NCBI GenBank assembly: GCA_963555755.3
Contig: OY820905.2
Span: 992,001-1,056,000, forward strand
Source: Nitrospirales bacterium
Lineage (GTDB): Bacteria; Nitrospirota; Nitrospiria; Nitrospirales; UBA8639
DNA length: 64,000 nucleotides
Direction: 5' to 3'
Position 1 is the first letter of the stretch; every line of letters starts with the position of its first letter. Made by a program: the position numbers and the translations under genes. Shown one piece after another: positions 30,311-41,424 of this stretch. The notes under the pieces were generated by a model that saw only the letters and a program-made list of their open reading frames with translations, was not told the origin of the DNA and searched no databases.

Positions 30311-32304
30311 GTAGGGTCGAGGACTGGCGCGCCAACGGTAGGGGTCGGTGGCTCCTCCACCCCTTTCAGAGTGGGCCTCAATCCGACTCCCCTGGTCACG
30401 GTTCCAGTCCCCGCCACCTCAAACCCGGCGTGCTGATTTCCAGCACCGGGCTTTCCTGGATGCTTCACCTCAAGGGTTATGTGACCTCTCAGCCTGGAAG
30501 GACTTTCATGCCGACCCGTTGTACCGCACTCGGTAATCTCCATATAAGCCGAGTACCGTGTAGAGCCAAACCTTACTCCACCTCTTCCAGCCAAAACCTC
30601 GACGGTGGCGCACTCGCATCATGTGCCGCCGGACCTTCCGCTCCACCCAATCCTTCACGTAGGAGAAACACCGACTCGCATGCCCAATCCGAAAGTCGTT
30701 CACCCAGCCCCGTACGATCGGATTGATCATCGCGATCATCCGTCCCACCGGCTGGGATTGTCCGCGTCGGAACACTGCCTTGAGCTTCCGCAGCCACGCG
30801 GTGCGCCGCTTCACCTTCGGTATGTACTGCGGGCGCCACACCCCACGCCGCGACCGCACACGCCGAAAGTCAAAGCCCAGAAAGCCGAAGCTGCCTCCCT
30901 GACTCAGGTCCACGATCCGGCTCTTCTCCTCATTCACCTGAAGGGCTCATTGGGCCAACGCCTCTCGCAGCTTCCGCTCCGCGACCTGCGCCAGTTGTGC
31001 GTGGCGGCGATAGCCATCCACTAACACGACGAGGTCATCCGCAAACCGAACATACTCGAGATACGTATACTGGCCCTGCCGGGTTGTCTCCTTCAGCTGC
31101 TCCAGCCTCTCATCCACTTCCGTGAGATAGAGGTTGGCCAGCAGCGGGGCAATCACACCCCCTTGAGGCACCCCACGCGGGCCGGACGCCTTGACGATGA
31201 GGTTCACCAGCCGCAGGATCGCGGGATCCTGGATGCGTCGGGCCACCTTCGCCAGCAGCCGGTCATGCCGCACCGTGTCGAAGAAGGCCGCCAGATCCAC
31301 ATCAATCACTCGCGTCTTGTTCTGCACCATCGCCTGAGCCACCCGGCCAATCGCCTGGTGGGCTGTCCGTTTCGGGCGATACCCATACGACCCATCACGA
31401 AAATCCGCCTCAAAGATCGGTTCCAGCAGGAGCTTGAGCGCTCCCTATACCACGCGGTCCCGAATCGCGGGTATCCCTAAGACGCGGACTCGTCCACCGC
31501 CTTTCGAAATCTCCACGTGCCGGTTCCGCATCGGTCGGTAGGTCTGCGTGACCAGTTCGTCCCGCAGTCGTGCAAGAAAGGGCTCCACCCCCGTGGCCTC
31601 GATGACCGCAAACGTCACCCCATCAATGCCGGGGGCTCCGTTGTTTTTCTTGGCCATCGCATAGGCCGCGCGTAGCGTCGCCTCTTTGCACACGTGGACG
31701 TACAGGCCCCACACCCGCCATCGCTTCTCAGCCTTCGCCTTGACGTAGAGCCGCTGTCGCAGGTCTTGCAGTGTAATGGACGCCGTTGTCATCTCGTCCC
31801 TGCCTCCCATGTTGATCACAGCCTACAGCCAGTAGGGCTCCTTTGCTCCACAGGCATTACCCTGCTTCCTCGCTCCTACGAGCCCCTCCGCCACCCTCTC
31901 GTCTTCGACTCACTTCCCAGAGAGCTGGTTATAGAGCCGATCTTCCTCCAGGGATTTCGCCCTGGGACAAGGAGGGCTTCTCCAGTTGCGTCGTCTGTCC
32001 TTGCTCCCGTGCTGTCGCTCTCACCCCGCCGGAGTGGTCAGGCGTCTCAGCCCTATTTCGCCTGCCCATGCGGTCTTCGTCCTACGGTCAGGGACTCGAC
32101 CTCCGAGGTTCCGTACTTTCGAGGCTACCTCTGCGTTCACTTGCGTTACGGCCCGGGAACTCGCTCACCATCCTCTACGATGGCTTTGTCGATGGGCTTC
32201 AGCGTCTCGGTTTCTCTCCACGCTGCCATCCAAGCTACAGGGCTCAGGCTCTTACCCTGGTGGGCTTGCTTCCCACTGAACAGTCTCGCCTTACCTGGAC
32301 ACAC
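30311..32304 (-). mobile_element. Group II intron B (1994 nt)
   Basis: 5' GUGUG at 32304; DV AAGCCCGGUGCUGGAAAUCAGCACGCCGGGUUU; long DVI ending ...GACCCUAC at 30311; no TSD, as expected for reverse splicing. Confidence 0.9.
30506..31792 (-). pseudogene. ltrA: Intron B reverse transcriptase/maturase with two in-frame stops
   Basis: GAPGIDG, LGIPAIRDRVV*, YGYRP, GVPQGG, RFADD, FLGFDF in one frame; stops at 31445-31447 and 30947-30949. Confidence 0.88.
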
Positions 32305-32406
32305 AACCGTACGTGCGGTTCTCCCAAGCCGTTCACTTAATCTGTTGACACAAACCAGCAAACAGACATAAACAGCGCTTGTTTGCTGGCTTTCTTGTTT
32401 TGGATC

Positions 32407-34203
32407 ATGCAGAAAAAATCTTCCGCAACTTCTACGCTGAAGCACCCTCGGATACCGCTCGAGTACGGTGGCTTCCAGATCAACCACTGCAAGTCTCCGG
32501 TCTGCTCGAACTACGGCGTTCCGCCAGAACAAACATCGGTGCGTGGAAAAAATAGCTACACTCTGGATTCACGCAACCAAGGCATTTCATCCTGTATCTG
32601 CACGTCCTGCGGCGAAGGATTCCCTCTCAAGAGCAACCTCGGCATCGCAGAAGAAGTCGAGCGCATGTCGGCCTACCTGTCGCCTCGTGAGGTGGCGTTC
32701 TGCCGTAACGATGCCTGTACCAACCATACCGGTCAGGTGCCCGTAGGTACCGCTGGGGCATATGCCTCGTTCGGCAAGACCGCGATTGGCAGCCCCCGCT
32801 GGCGCTGTAGCGTCTGCGGTAAGACGTTCTCACAGAACACCAAGGCCACCGCCCGGCAGCGGGAACATCACAAGAACAAGACCATTTTCAAACTGCTGGT
32901 CAACAAGCTGCCCGTGCGCCGAATCATCGAAGTCGCCGACATCCACCCCAAGACCTTCTACCACCGCCTCGACTTCCTCCATCGCCAGTGCCAATCATTT
33001 GCCGCCCACCGCGAGCACGCCCTATCCACCCTCCCCATTCGGCGACTGTCCCTCGGCGTGGACCGGCAGGACTACCTTGTGAACTGGATGGTTCGCAAGG
33101 ACAAGCGCAACATTCAGCTATCGGCCATTGCATCAGTGGACAACGAACACGGTTACGGCTTCGGTGTCCACCTTCACTTCGACCCTTCTCTGGACAGCGA
33201 AGCTGTCCAAGCCGAAGTCGAGAAGAGCGGCGACCTTGGCATGCCCTATCCGCATCGTCGCGTTGCACGTCTGTGGCTCAATGCAGACCATGAGCGAGCC
33301 AGTGCCAAATCCCTACGCACTTCGCGGCGCAAACCCGGACTGCCAACGCAGATCGATGAAGCCTATGCCGCAGCATTGATGCGTGACGATATCGAAAGCC
33401 CCGATGCGCCGTCGCCCGTAGAACGACTTCCTGAATACGGGATGCAAACCCATGGCGAGTACACCATGTCTGGGCATTTTTTCTTCCTCAAACGCCTGCT
33501 GGGCAATATCCAAAAGTGGCGCTTCTTTATCGACCAAGACCCTGGACTGCGAGCCGCGTGCCTATCGGCGTTCCACGACGAGATCCGAGGCCGCACGGCG
33601 GATGCCTTCTCTGTTCGCATCACCAAAGATCTGACGGTGGACGAAACGCGTCAAAAATACAACGAAGCGAAGATGCTGTTCGTGCACGCAGAACTCGCGC
33701 ACCCAAAGATGAAGCCGCAGGAGGTCAAGTTGCTGCTGATCAAAGAGCGTCTGGCCTGTATGACGCCGCACGGGAAGTGGCAGGATCGGTGGCTTGACCA
33801 TCCTTTCCCGACCATGAGCGAGCCAGAGAAGACAGTGGCCTCCCTCACCAATCTGGGCGACTACGACGAAGAACACAAAGCTTGGCTCTACAACAAAGCG
33901 AGCTTGCATGGTGTCGATTCGTTCTTCAACCAAGTGCGTCGACGGCTCTCCCTGCTGGAGCGTCCGATCCATTCCAAATCCAACAATGGTCGGATATGGA
34001 ACGGATATTCTCCATATAACCCGGGTAATGTTGCAAAAGTACTCGACATCATGCGCACGGTGCATAACTACATCCTGACCGGCAAGGATGGCAAGACGCC
34101 AGCTGTGCGACTTGGATTGGCCCAAGCGCCGCTGGACTACGAAGACATTATTTATGGCTCCTCCGAAGAATTTGTGGGTACTTCTCAGGTAACTCCTAAG
34201 TAA
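32407..34203 (+). CDS. Putative transposase with two zinc ribbons, HTH and RNase H-like core; native C-terminus displaced by MITE
   Basis: CKSPVC..CTSC and CRNDAC..CSVC; RRIIEVADIHPKTFYHRLD (HTH); LGVD, FIDQD, GVDSFF acidic motifs; TPAVRLGLA. Native end ...EDIIYFASTD* at 34925-34927, inside the right TIR. Confidence 0.72.
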   Translation: MQKKSSATSTLKHPRIPLEYGGFQINHCKSPVCSNYGVPPEQTSVRGKNSYTLDSRNQGISSCICTSCGEGFPLKSNLGIAEEVERMSAYLSPREVAFCRNDACTNHTGQVPVGTAGAYASFGKTAIGSPRWRCSVCGKTFSQNTKATARQREHHKNKTIFKLLVNKLPVRRIIEVADIHPKTFYHRLDFLHRQCQSFAAHREHALSTLPIRRLSLGVDRQDYLVNWMVRKDKRNIQLSAIASVDNEHGYGFGVHLHFDPSLDSEAVQAEVEKSGDLGMPYPHRRVARLWLNADHERASAKSLRTSRRKPGLPTQIDEAYAAALMRDDIESPDAPSPVERLPEYGMQTHGEYTMSGHFFFLKRLLGNIQKWRFFIDQDPGLRAACLSAFHDEIRGRTADAFSVRITKDLTVDETRQKYNEAKMLFVHAELAHPKMKPQEVKLLLIKERLACMTPHGKWQDRWLDHPFPTMSEPEKTVASLTNLGDYDEEHKAWLYNKASLHGVDSFFNQVRRRLSLLERPIHSKSNNGRIWNGYSPYNPGNVAKVLDIMRTVHNYILTGKDGKTPAVRLGLAQAPLDYEDIIYGSSEEFVGTSQVTPK

Positions 34204-34901
34204 CTTCATGCTATCCTCCGTCGTCCGGGTGCGCCGCGCGCCATAAGGGCGCTAGGTACCTCCCCGCGTCATTCCCGACGTCTGTTATCGGGAATCCAGG
34301 TTCGTTCTTAAGATAGATCCCCGATAACCAACGTCGGGGATGACGGATTCAGGTTCACCAGACCTCGGCCTTTCTTCTCTCCTGTGCCTCCTCAGTTGCC
34401 TCACAAGTTACTTTCCGTCGTCTGGGTGGGCCGCGCCCCATAAGGGCGCTACTCAGGAGGTTTCCCACAAGGCCACATGCCATAGCCCCTGCACCGTAGG
34501 CTTAATCGGCTTGTGGACCCTGAGGGAAACTTCGGATCAATCGCAATTTTGGTGGAGTGAGACTCGCGTCTTGAGTCAGACCTTCCTTGACAGAATCCGT
34601 TCGCCCTGAGCTTGTCGAAGGGTCAGAAACTTCAATGTGTACCATTCATGGTTCGACAAGCTCACCACGAACGGAACGGGATTGGACGCCTAAATCAGAA
34701 CAGGAGCCCCTCGCATAGTATGTCCGTCATCGCCATAGGCCTCGACTCCACCAAAATTGCAACTGATCCGAAACTTCCCCATGAGTCAATTGAATATGAG
34801 CATCGAAATAAAACCGGTCCCCGGTGGGAAAATTCGTTGGTTTTTCAGTGCCTTGGAAAGGATTCGTTAGGTGCTCGACCCACAAATTTTCCTGAAGAGC
34901 C
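34156..34901. mobile_element. 746-bp composite MITE, copy 2 (inverted)
   Basis: Reverse complement of 22832-23577; own 8-bp TSD ttatttat. Confidence 0.9.
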
Positions 34902-34965
34902 TTATTTATTTTGCATCAACAGATTAAGTGAACGGCTTGCAGTTCTCCCGCATACGGCTCTCCAG

Positions 34966-36327
34966 TCAGTAGGTTCCTATGGAGTGGACGAAACGAATAT
35001 GGGCATCATTCAGGCTCGTGAACCCATGATCCGCAAAGAAGGCGTTCGGCCACCGTTGATTGCGTGCGAGGCGTTGTCGATTTCTTCGGTTCCTTTTCAG
35101 AAGCATCCGGCGCAACCGCCGACGGATCATTCCCTCGTAGGCCTTGAAGATGTTCCAAAAACAGTGCCGAAAGTAGTTGAACCACCCTTGCGTCGAGCGA
35201 GTGAGCCGGTGGAGAATTACCGCCAGCGAGTCGCCCGATTTCTGCGGCGTCAGCTCGCGGATGCGGGCGATGAACTTTCGGTGGCTCTTCGCCCGTGGAA
35301 ACCGCAGCCGGCCTCGGAACGAATAGCCCAGAAACGAAAAGCTCTTCTCCCGCGAGTCCACGATGTGTGTTTTCTCGGGATGCCGTGTCAGCCCATTGGC
35401 CTCCACCCACCGGCGCACCTCGGCCAGCGCCGCTTCGGCTTCTTCCGGCGTGCGACACAGGATGACACAGTCATCCGCGTAGCGCACCATCTGAAATCCG
35501 AGATCGGACATCCGATGGTCCAGGGGCTTGAGATAGACATTCGACAGCATGGGAGACAGCACCGCGCCTTGCGGCACACCGGCTTCCGGCGTCCACTCCC
35601 GCAGTTCTTCCAGAATCCCCTGGTTCAGACACTTCTTCACCAGGCCCACCACACGGCGATCCGAGATCTTCTGTTGCACTCTGGCCACCAGTCGATCTTT
35701 CGGAATCGTCTCGTAGTACTCCTGCACATCCGCGTCGACAACATACACATACCCGGCGTCGAGCCATTCCTCGACGCACCGTAGGGCATCATGGCACCCG
35801 CGTCCGTGGCGAAAGCCGAAGCTTCGCGCATGGAACATGGCGTCCATAATCGGCTCAAGCACGTGGACCACTGCCGTTTGCACGACGCGATCCCGCACGG
35901 TCGGAATTCCCAACGGGCGCTTCGCCGACCTGTCGGGTTTGGAAATCCACCGCCGCCGCCCCGCTGCCGGACGATAGGTTCCGTCACCCAGTTCGGCTTG
36001 CAACCGATCGAGTTCCGCCCGCTCATGCTCGGCGAACTCCGAACACGTTTGCCGGTCAACGCCCGCAGCCCCGTTCTTGCCCAGGACCTTCTTGGCCGAG
36101 CAGGACAGGTTCAGGCTGCCAGACACCTTATCCCTCAACGTGTGCCATTTGCCTCCTCTCACTTTGTCTGCCATCAGTGTCGCCACCATGCGATCTGTCC
36201 ACACCGCTCGATGAGCCCACTGGTCGATCCCAGGAAGCTCCCCAGCCGGGGTAGCCGAACACGGCACTGTGACGGGGATGTCATCTCGACGCGGGGTCGA
36301 GGCTTGACGTGTCGGCGGTTGAGGCAT
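34966..36327 (-). CDS. ltrA: Group II intron A reverse transcriptase/maturase, copy 2
   Basis: 453 aa; differs from 15714-17075 at a few residues; YADD intact. Confidence 0.92.
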   Translation of the reverse strand: MPQPPTRQASTPRRDDIPVTVPCSATPAGELPGIDQWAHRAVWTDRMVATLMADKVRGGKWHTLRDKVSGSLNLSCSAKKVLGKNGAAGVDRQTCSEFAEHERAELDRLQAELGDGTYRPAAGRRRWISKPDRSAKRPLGIPTVRDRVVQTAVVHVLEPIMDAMFHARSFGFRHGRGCHDALRCVEEWLDAGYVYVVDADVQEYYETIPKDRLVARVQQKISDRRVVGLVKKCLNQGILEELREWTPEAGVPQGAVLSPMLSNVYLKPLDHRMSDLGFQMVRYADDCVILCRTPEEAEAALAEVRRWVEANGLTRHPEKTHIVDSREKSFSFLGYSFRGRLRFPRAKSHRKFIARIRELTPQKSGDSLAVILHRLTRSTQGWFNYFRHCFWNIFKAYEGMIRRRLRRMLLKRNRRNRQRLARNQRWPNAFFADHGFTSLNDAHIRFVHSIGTY

Positions 36328-37551
36328 TGCACATCTACCTTCCTGCTCCCCTTCGCGCCACCGCGTTCTGGTGCACGGCTTCCCAGCTATTATGAGAGCT
36401 CTGACTTCTGTCGAGCCGCTTCATCCAACGTCATCGGTATCGCTTCGTTCGTTCCCCTGCGGCACGCGATACGGCACCGAGGGGCCTGGGCCATTGATCA
36501 CGCAGCGTCCCCCACTGCGAATGGTCACGACACGGCGTCCACGTCCTTCACCCGACAGATCTCCCTGCTTAGCTCGTTTGACCTTCCGACCATTCCATCT
36601 CCAACCACCACCTTGCCATTTCGCCACGGTCGCTTTCCCACGTTACGTCACCGCCGTGACTTGCCGCGTCTATCCCCCGGGCAGACTCTTAGGTCGAAGG
36701 GATCTGCCGTCGCGCGATCAAGGGTTCGGACATCGCTAGGAGCCTCCCCGACAGGCTTGGCCGAATCGAGTTCCCGTACGTTACGGACTGGTCGTTCGTC
36801 TCAGATTGCTCTCCACCCTTCCTCACGGAAACGCAGTGACCACTGTCGACTTCAGGCTGGTAACGTTCGCCTGAGAGGGACTTGCACCCTCCTGATCAAA
36901 CGCCTTCACAGGCGCACTCGCTGCAGCATCTCATGCTGCCTCTTCCTGGCGTCAGAGCCCCTTGGTCCGTGGGAAGAGGGCACGATAAGATCGTGCAGCG
37001 ACACAAGCAAGAAAGCTCACAGGAAGCAACGCCATGGCCAAGAAACTCCATGTGGCCAGAATTGGATGGCGGTAGGATAGAACCAGATATTCTGTATGAT
37101 CCCTAATCCCTCCCCGGATTCCGGTTCGGTACCCGAACCGACACTCCCCCTTTGCCCGTTTCCACCCTACATGCCACGAGCAAGCCACAGATTTGGCATA
37201 ATCCCTGGCAAAAGGGCCAGGAAGCCCCGACTCACCGGATGCACTCCCGCCTTTCAGACGGCGAAGTGTGCGGATGGACCCCTCACCGCGTTCTTTGGTG
37301 CGTTGCGGTCTAGTCAAAAAGGCCTTTTGAATTTCCTATTCCCGACTGAAAAAATCGGTGCAGGCATGCCACGCGCAGCGAGGCCAGAATGATCATCTTC
37401 GGTTTTATCGAACGGTTCTCTAATCGCAGAAAGTGGCATGGATCGGCCGATGGTTTGGCACCACTGGGGGCGGATGCGCAAACGGGCAAAGACTTCTTAA
37501 CGACGGGTCAGTGAGAATGGAGTCAAGGCGAAAAGGGGGGAACGAAAGAAA

Positions 37552-37944
37552 ATGACGCACACAACCAAAATATGCGCAATTGGGGCTTTATTATTTTACT
37601 TGATGCTGGCAAGCATGCCAGCCGTTGCCGCGAAGATCGTACTGAAAAGTTGCATTCACAAGGAAGTCAAGGTCTGCAGCTTCGACAGCAAGCAACTATG
37701 GGATGCAGTACCCACCGGGGCATACAATTTAAGTAATAATAAGACGGAAAATTAACAATGTCATGCCAATTGCGTCTTCCAAATCTCCAAACCTAATGAT
37801 TCAAAATGGGGGAACAATGGCAAGTGGATCAATCATTCGTGGGGAGCTGGCACCTATCTTCTGGTTGGGCTCGAGAAATCAGAAGGCGGCCAGTACAAGA
37901 GCAGCAATCTCCAGAAAGGTACCACGTGCCAATCGGCACAATAG
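37552..37944 (+). pseudogene. Secreted Cys-containing protein with one in-frame stop
   Basis: Signal peptide ..AVAA-K; TAA at 37753-37755, after which the frame continues QCHANCVFQ...TTCQSAQ*. Confidence 0.65.
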
Positions 37945-38116
37945 CCTGACGGCGGTACACTTCGTTTTAGAATATGGGTCACCCCAATAAAGATCCCCGT
38001 GGCAAGACCACGGGATATTCAGAGGAAAAATGTAATTATAAAATCCCCCTACCCCCCTGTTCCGAAGGGGGGACCTCAAAGGCCCCCCTTCGCAGAAGGC
38101 TGGGGCATACCCGGAT

Positions 38117-41100
38117 TTACGGATTCCTATGGACCGGATATTCGGTCGCGGTCCCAAAGTCCCAAATCGCGGTATCCCAGGTGGCATAGATGCCTGTATT
38201 GCTGGTGGGCGATTGCAACTCGACTGTCGTCTTGCCCTCCCCCGCCGCGCTGGTTGTGGTCTCACTGGTGTTCGTATCCCAGTAATTGGCGGTGGTGGCG
38301 GGGACGCCATACCTTTCCGGCAACCCCCCAAGCAGACCCCCCACAATCATGTTCCCACTCTCATTAACCCTCACCGCCCCAATAGCGTAGGTATGAGTGA
38401 GGGTGTTAGTCGCTCCATTATCCATCCACCCGATCAGGCCACCGGCAGCCTGGCCAGCCGTCACCATGGCAGTGGAGTAACTGTCGGCGATCGTGGAATA
38501 CTGCGAGGCGGCGCCCAGGAAACCGCCTGCCGCTCCTTGCGCGGCGGTGACTCCCGTCGTGTAGCTGGCCGAAATGCTGACCTCCTTACCCAACGTACCA
38601 GATATAAATCCGGCCAGCCCACCGGCATAATATTTCTCTGCTGTCACGTCTCCCTCCACTGAGACGTGGTCAATCTCACTGTCATCTAGTATCCATCCTG
38701 CAAGGCCGCCAACATAGTTATAAGCCGTGATGTTGACGTGGATCAGCACCAGGTTCCGAATCTCGCCATTCCTCACCACACCGAACAGACCTTGCCAATC
38801 TTCAGTAGGTCTGTTGATAAAAAGATTGTTGATGGTATGACCATTGCCTTCAAACACGGTTTGAAATTCTTGACCAGAGGAATATTTTCCAATACGTAAC
38901 CACCCCTTCCCGCTATTCCAAAAGGCATCGTTGGAATCGATGGCGCCATCGTCATTGGTGTCGAAATTGAGATTGGCGATGAGTTCGTAGCCGGAGCAGG
39001 TCACGATAGCCCCGTCACCCCCACACCCCGTCGTCACATCCTCAAACCCGTCATTGTATCCCGTGCCCGTGAGGTTGTTCCTGACATGATCCAATTGCTC
39101 CAAAGTCGCAATTTCAATGAGGCCATTGCCATCGTCGTCGATGTCGTTGACATTCACCACACCATCGCCATCGGTATCGAGGTCAAACTTCGCCGTGACC
39201 GTATACGGTTGATTCATCGTCAGGTGACAGTCTCCTGTCCCGCTACAGGCGCCACCCCATTCCGTGAAGACGGAGTCAAGATCGGCCACCGCCGATAGGT
39301 CCACTGCAGTCTCACTGGCAATGTCCTCGGTGCAGTCAGAGGGGCAAGATATTCCGGCTGGGCTGCTGGTGACAGTGCCACTGCCATCCCCAACGACGGT
39401 CACAGTGAGCGCGAAAAGCGGGTCAAACGTCGCCGTCACGCTTTGCACTTGATCCATCGTCACCTGACAGTTTCCCGTCCCGCTACACCCTCCTCCACTC
39501 CAGCCACTGAAGACGGAACCCGGATTGGCCGCGGCCGTTAAGGCCACGGTACTCCCACTGGCAATGTCCTCGGTGCAGTCAGCGGGGCAAGATATTCCGG
39601 CTGGGTTGCTGGTGACGGTGCCACTGCCTTGCCCGACGATGGTCACGGTGAGCGGGAAGAGTATGTCAAACGTCGCCGTAACCGCGTTCGCTTGATCCAT
39701 CGTCACCTGACAGGGTCCTATCCCACTGCAGACTCCGCCACTCCAGCCACTGAAGACGGAACCCTGATTGGCCGCGGCCGTTAAGGCCACGGTACTCCCA
39801 CTGGCAATGTCCTCGGTGCAGTCTGAGGGGCAAGATATTCCGGCTGGGCTGCTGGTGACGGTGCCATCCCCAACGACGGTCACGGTGAGCGGGAAGGCCG
39901 GGCCAAACGTCGCCGTGACGCTTTGCGCTTGATCCATCATCACCGCACAGAGTCCCGTCCCGCTACAGCCGCCGCCACTCCAGCCACTGAAGACGGAGCC
40001 CGCATTGGCCTGGACCGTCAGCGTCACCACCGTCCCCGGGTCATACACTGCGGCACAGTCATTGCCACACATGATCCCCGCAGGCGTGCTAGTCACCGTC
40101 CCACTCCCCGCCAGGGTGACTGTCAGCAATGGACTGCACCCCACCGTGCCACAGTGGGCCACTCTGAGGGCGCCATTCGTGGCGTCATAATAGCTGATCA
40201 CCGGGTACCCATCCGTCCCGATGGCCAGTGAGCTGGACCGCCCCACAGAGCCATTGTTGTCCACCGTCGTCGGCGTCTGAGCCCCGCTGCAGGCCGCATT
40301 GGTACAATGGACCACCTTGAGGTCATCATTCGTGGCATCCCAATAGCTGATCACCGGATTCCCATCCGTCCCGATGGCCAGTGAGCTGTACCGCCCCACA
40401 TAGCCATTGTTGTCCACCGTCGTCGGCAAGTCAAAGTCCATGCACGTCGCATTGGTGCAATGGACCACCTTGAGGGCACCCGGCCCCCCGTTATAATAGC
40501 TGATCACCGGATTCCCATCGGTCCCGATCGCCAGCGAGGTGTGCCATCCCATAATGCCGCTGCTATCTACCGTCGTCGGCGGGTCAAATTCCGTGCAGTC
40601 CGCACTCCTACAATGGACCACCTTGAGGGCACTATTCGTCCTGTCATAATAGCTGATCACCGGATACCCATCCGTCCCGATGGCCAGCGAGGTGTACGCT
40701 CCCACATCGCCGCTGCTGTCCACTGTCGTTGGTGGGTCAAATGCCGCGCACTCCGCATCGGCACAATGGACCACCTTGAGGTCATCATTCGTGGCGTCAT
40801 AATAGCTGATCATCGGATACCCATCCGGCCCGATCGCCAGTGAGGTGTCCCACCCCACATCGCCGCTGCTATCCACCGTCGTCGGTTCGTCAAATTCCGT
40901 GCACGTCGCATTGGTGCAATGGACCGCCTTGAGGTCATCATTCGTGCTGTCATAATAGCTGATCACCGGATACCCATCCGTCCCGATCGCCAGCGAGGTA
41001 TGCAGCCCCACATTGCCGCTGCTGTCCACCGTCGTCGGCGGGTCAACAGTCGTGCAGTTCACACTGCTGCAGTGTTGCACCTTGAGGGCAGTATTCGTGG

Positions 41101-41420
41101 CATCAAAATAACTGATCACCGGATACCCATCCTCCCCGATGGCCAGCGAGGGGAAGTCCCCCACATTGCCCTCCGTATCCACGGTGGTGAGAAGGATTTG
41201 GCCACTGTTATCCACCGTGATCGTGATGGCTGAGGTCGTCCAGAGATTATCAGCCGCGTCGATGATCTCGGCATCAATGCTATGAGACCCTTCGGGCCCG
41301 TTCCTCGTCTGCCACGTGCACTCGTAGGGCGCGCTGGTATCGATCGGACAAGGCCCAGCATCCCCATCAATCCGAATCTGCACGCTGGCTACCGCAATAT
41401 TATCCGCGGCCTCCACGCGG
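38117..41420 (-). pseudogene. Large repetitive surface protein lacking its N-terminus (Ig-like remnant, six ~57-aa propeller-like repeats, four Cys-containing InlB-B-like repeats, DxDGDG Ca-binding motif, GLUG-type C-terminal domain)
   Basis: TTVDxxGxVGxxxSLAIGxDGxPVISYYDxTN x6; LTVTxxGxGTVTSxPAGIxC...F..W.G..CSGxGxC x4; VGGLAG/AGGLIG motifs; no signal peptide. Confidence 0.75.
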
Positions 41421-41424
41421 ATAC

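Larger units (their letters stand above)
32325..34939 (+). mobile_element. Unclassified IS-like element
   Basis: 24-bp perfect TIR caagccgttcacttaatctgttga; 9-bp TSD cggttctcc / cagttctcc (1 mismatch); ~1.86 kb after removing the nested MITE. Confidence 0.88.
30266..36917 (-). mobile_element. Group II intron A, copy 2, with intron B and an IS-like element inside domain V
   Basis: Pieces 30266-30310, 32305-32324 and 34940-36917 reassemble to a near-identical copy of 15632-17665. Confidence 0.92.

Noticed and set aside
32402..32414. ggatcatgcagaa as another MITE left end
   Set aside because: Match stops after 13 bp, overlaps the transposase start codon, and has no paired TSD.
15714..36327. 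RTs as DGR, retron, CRISPR-associated or Abi systems
   Set aside because: All lie inside recognisable group II ribozyme ends; no template/variable repeat pair, cas genes or msr-msd seen.
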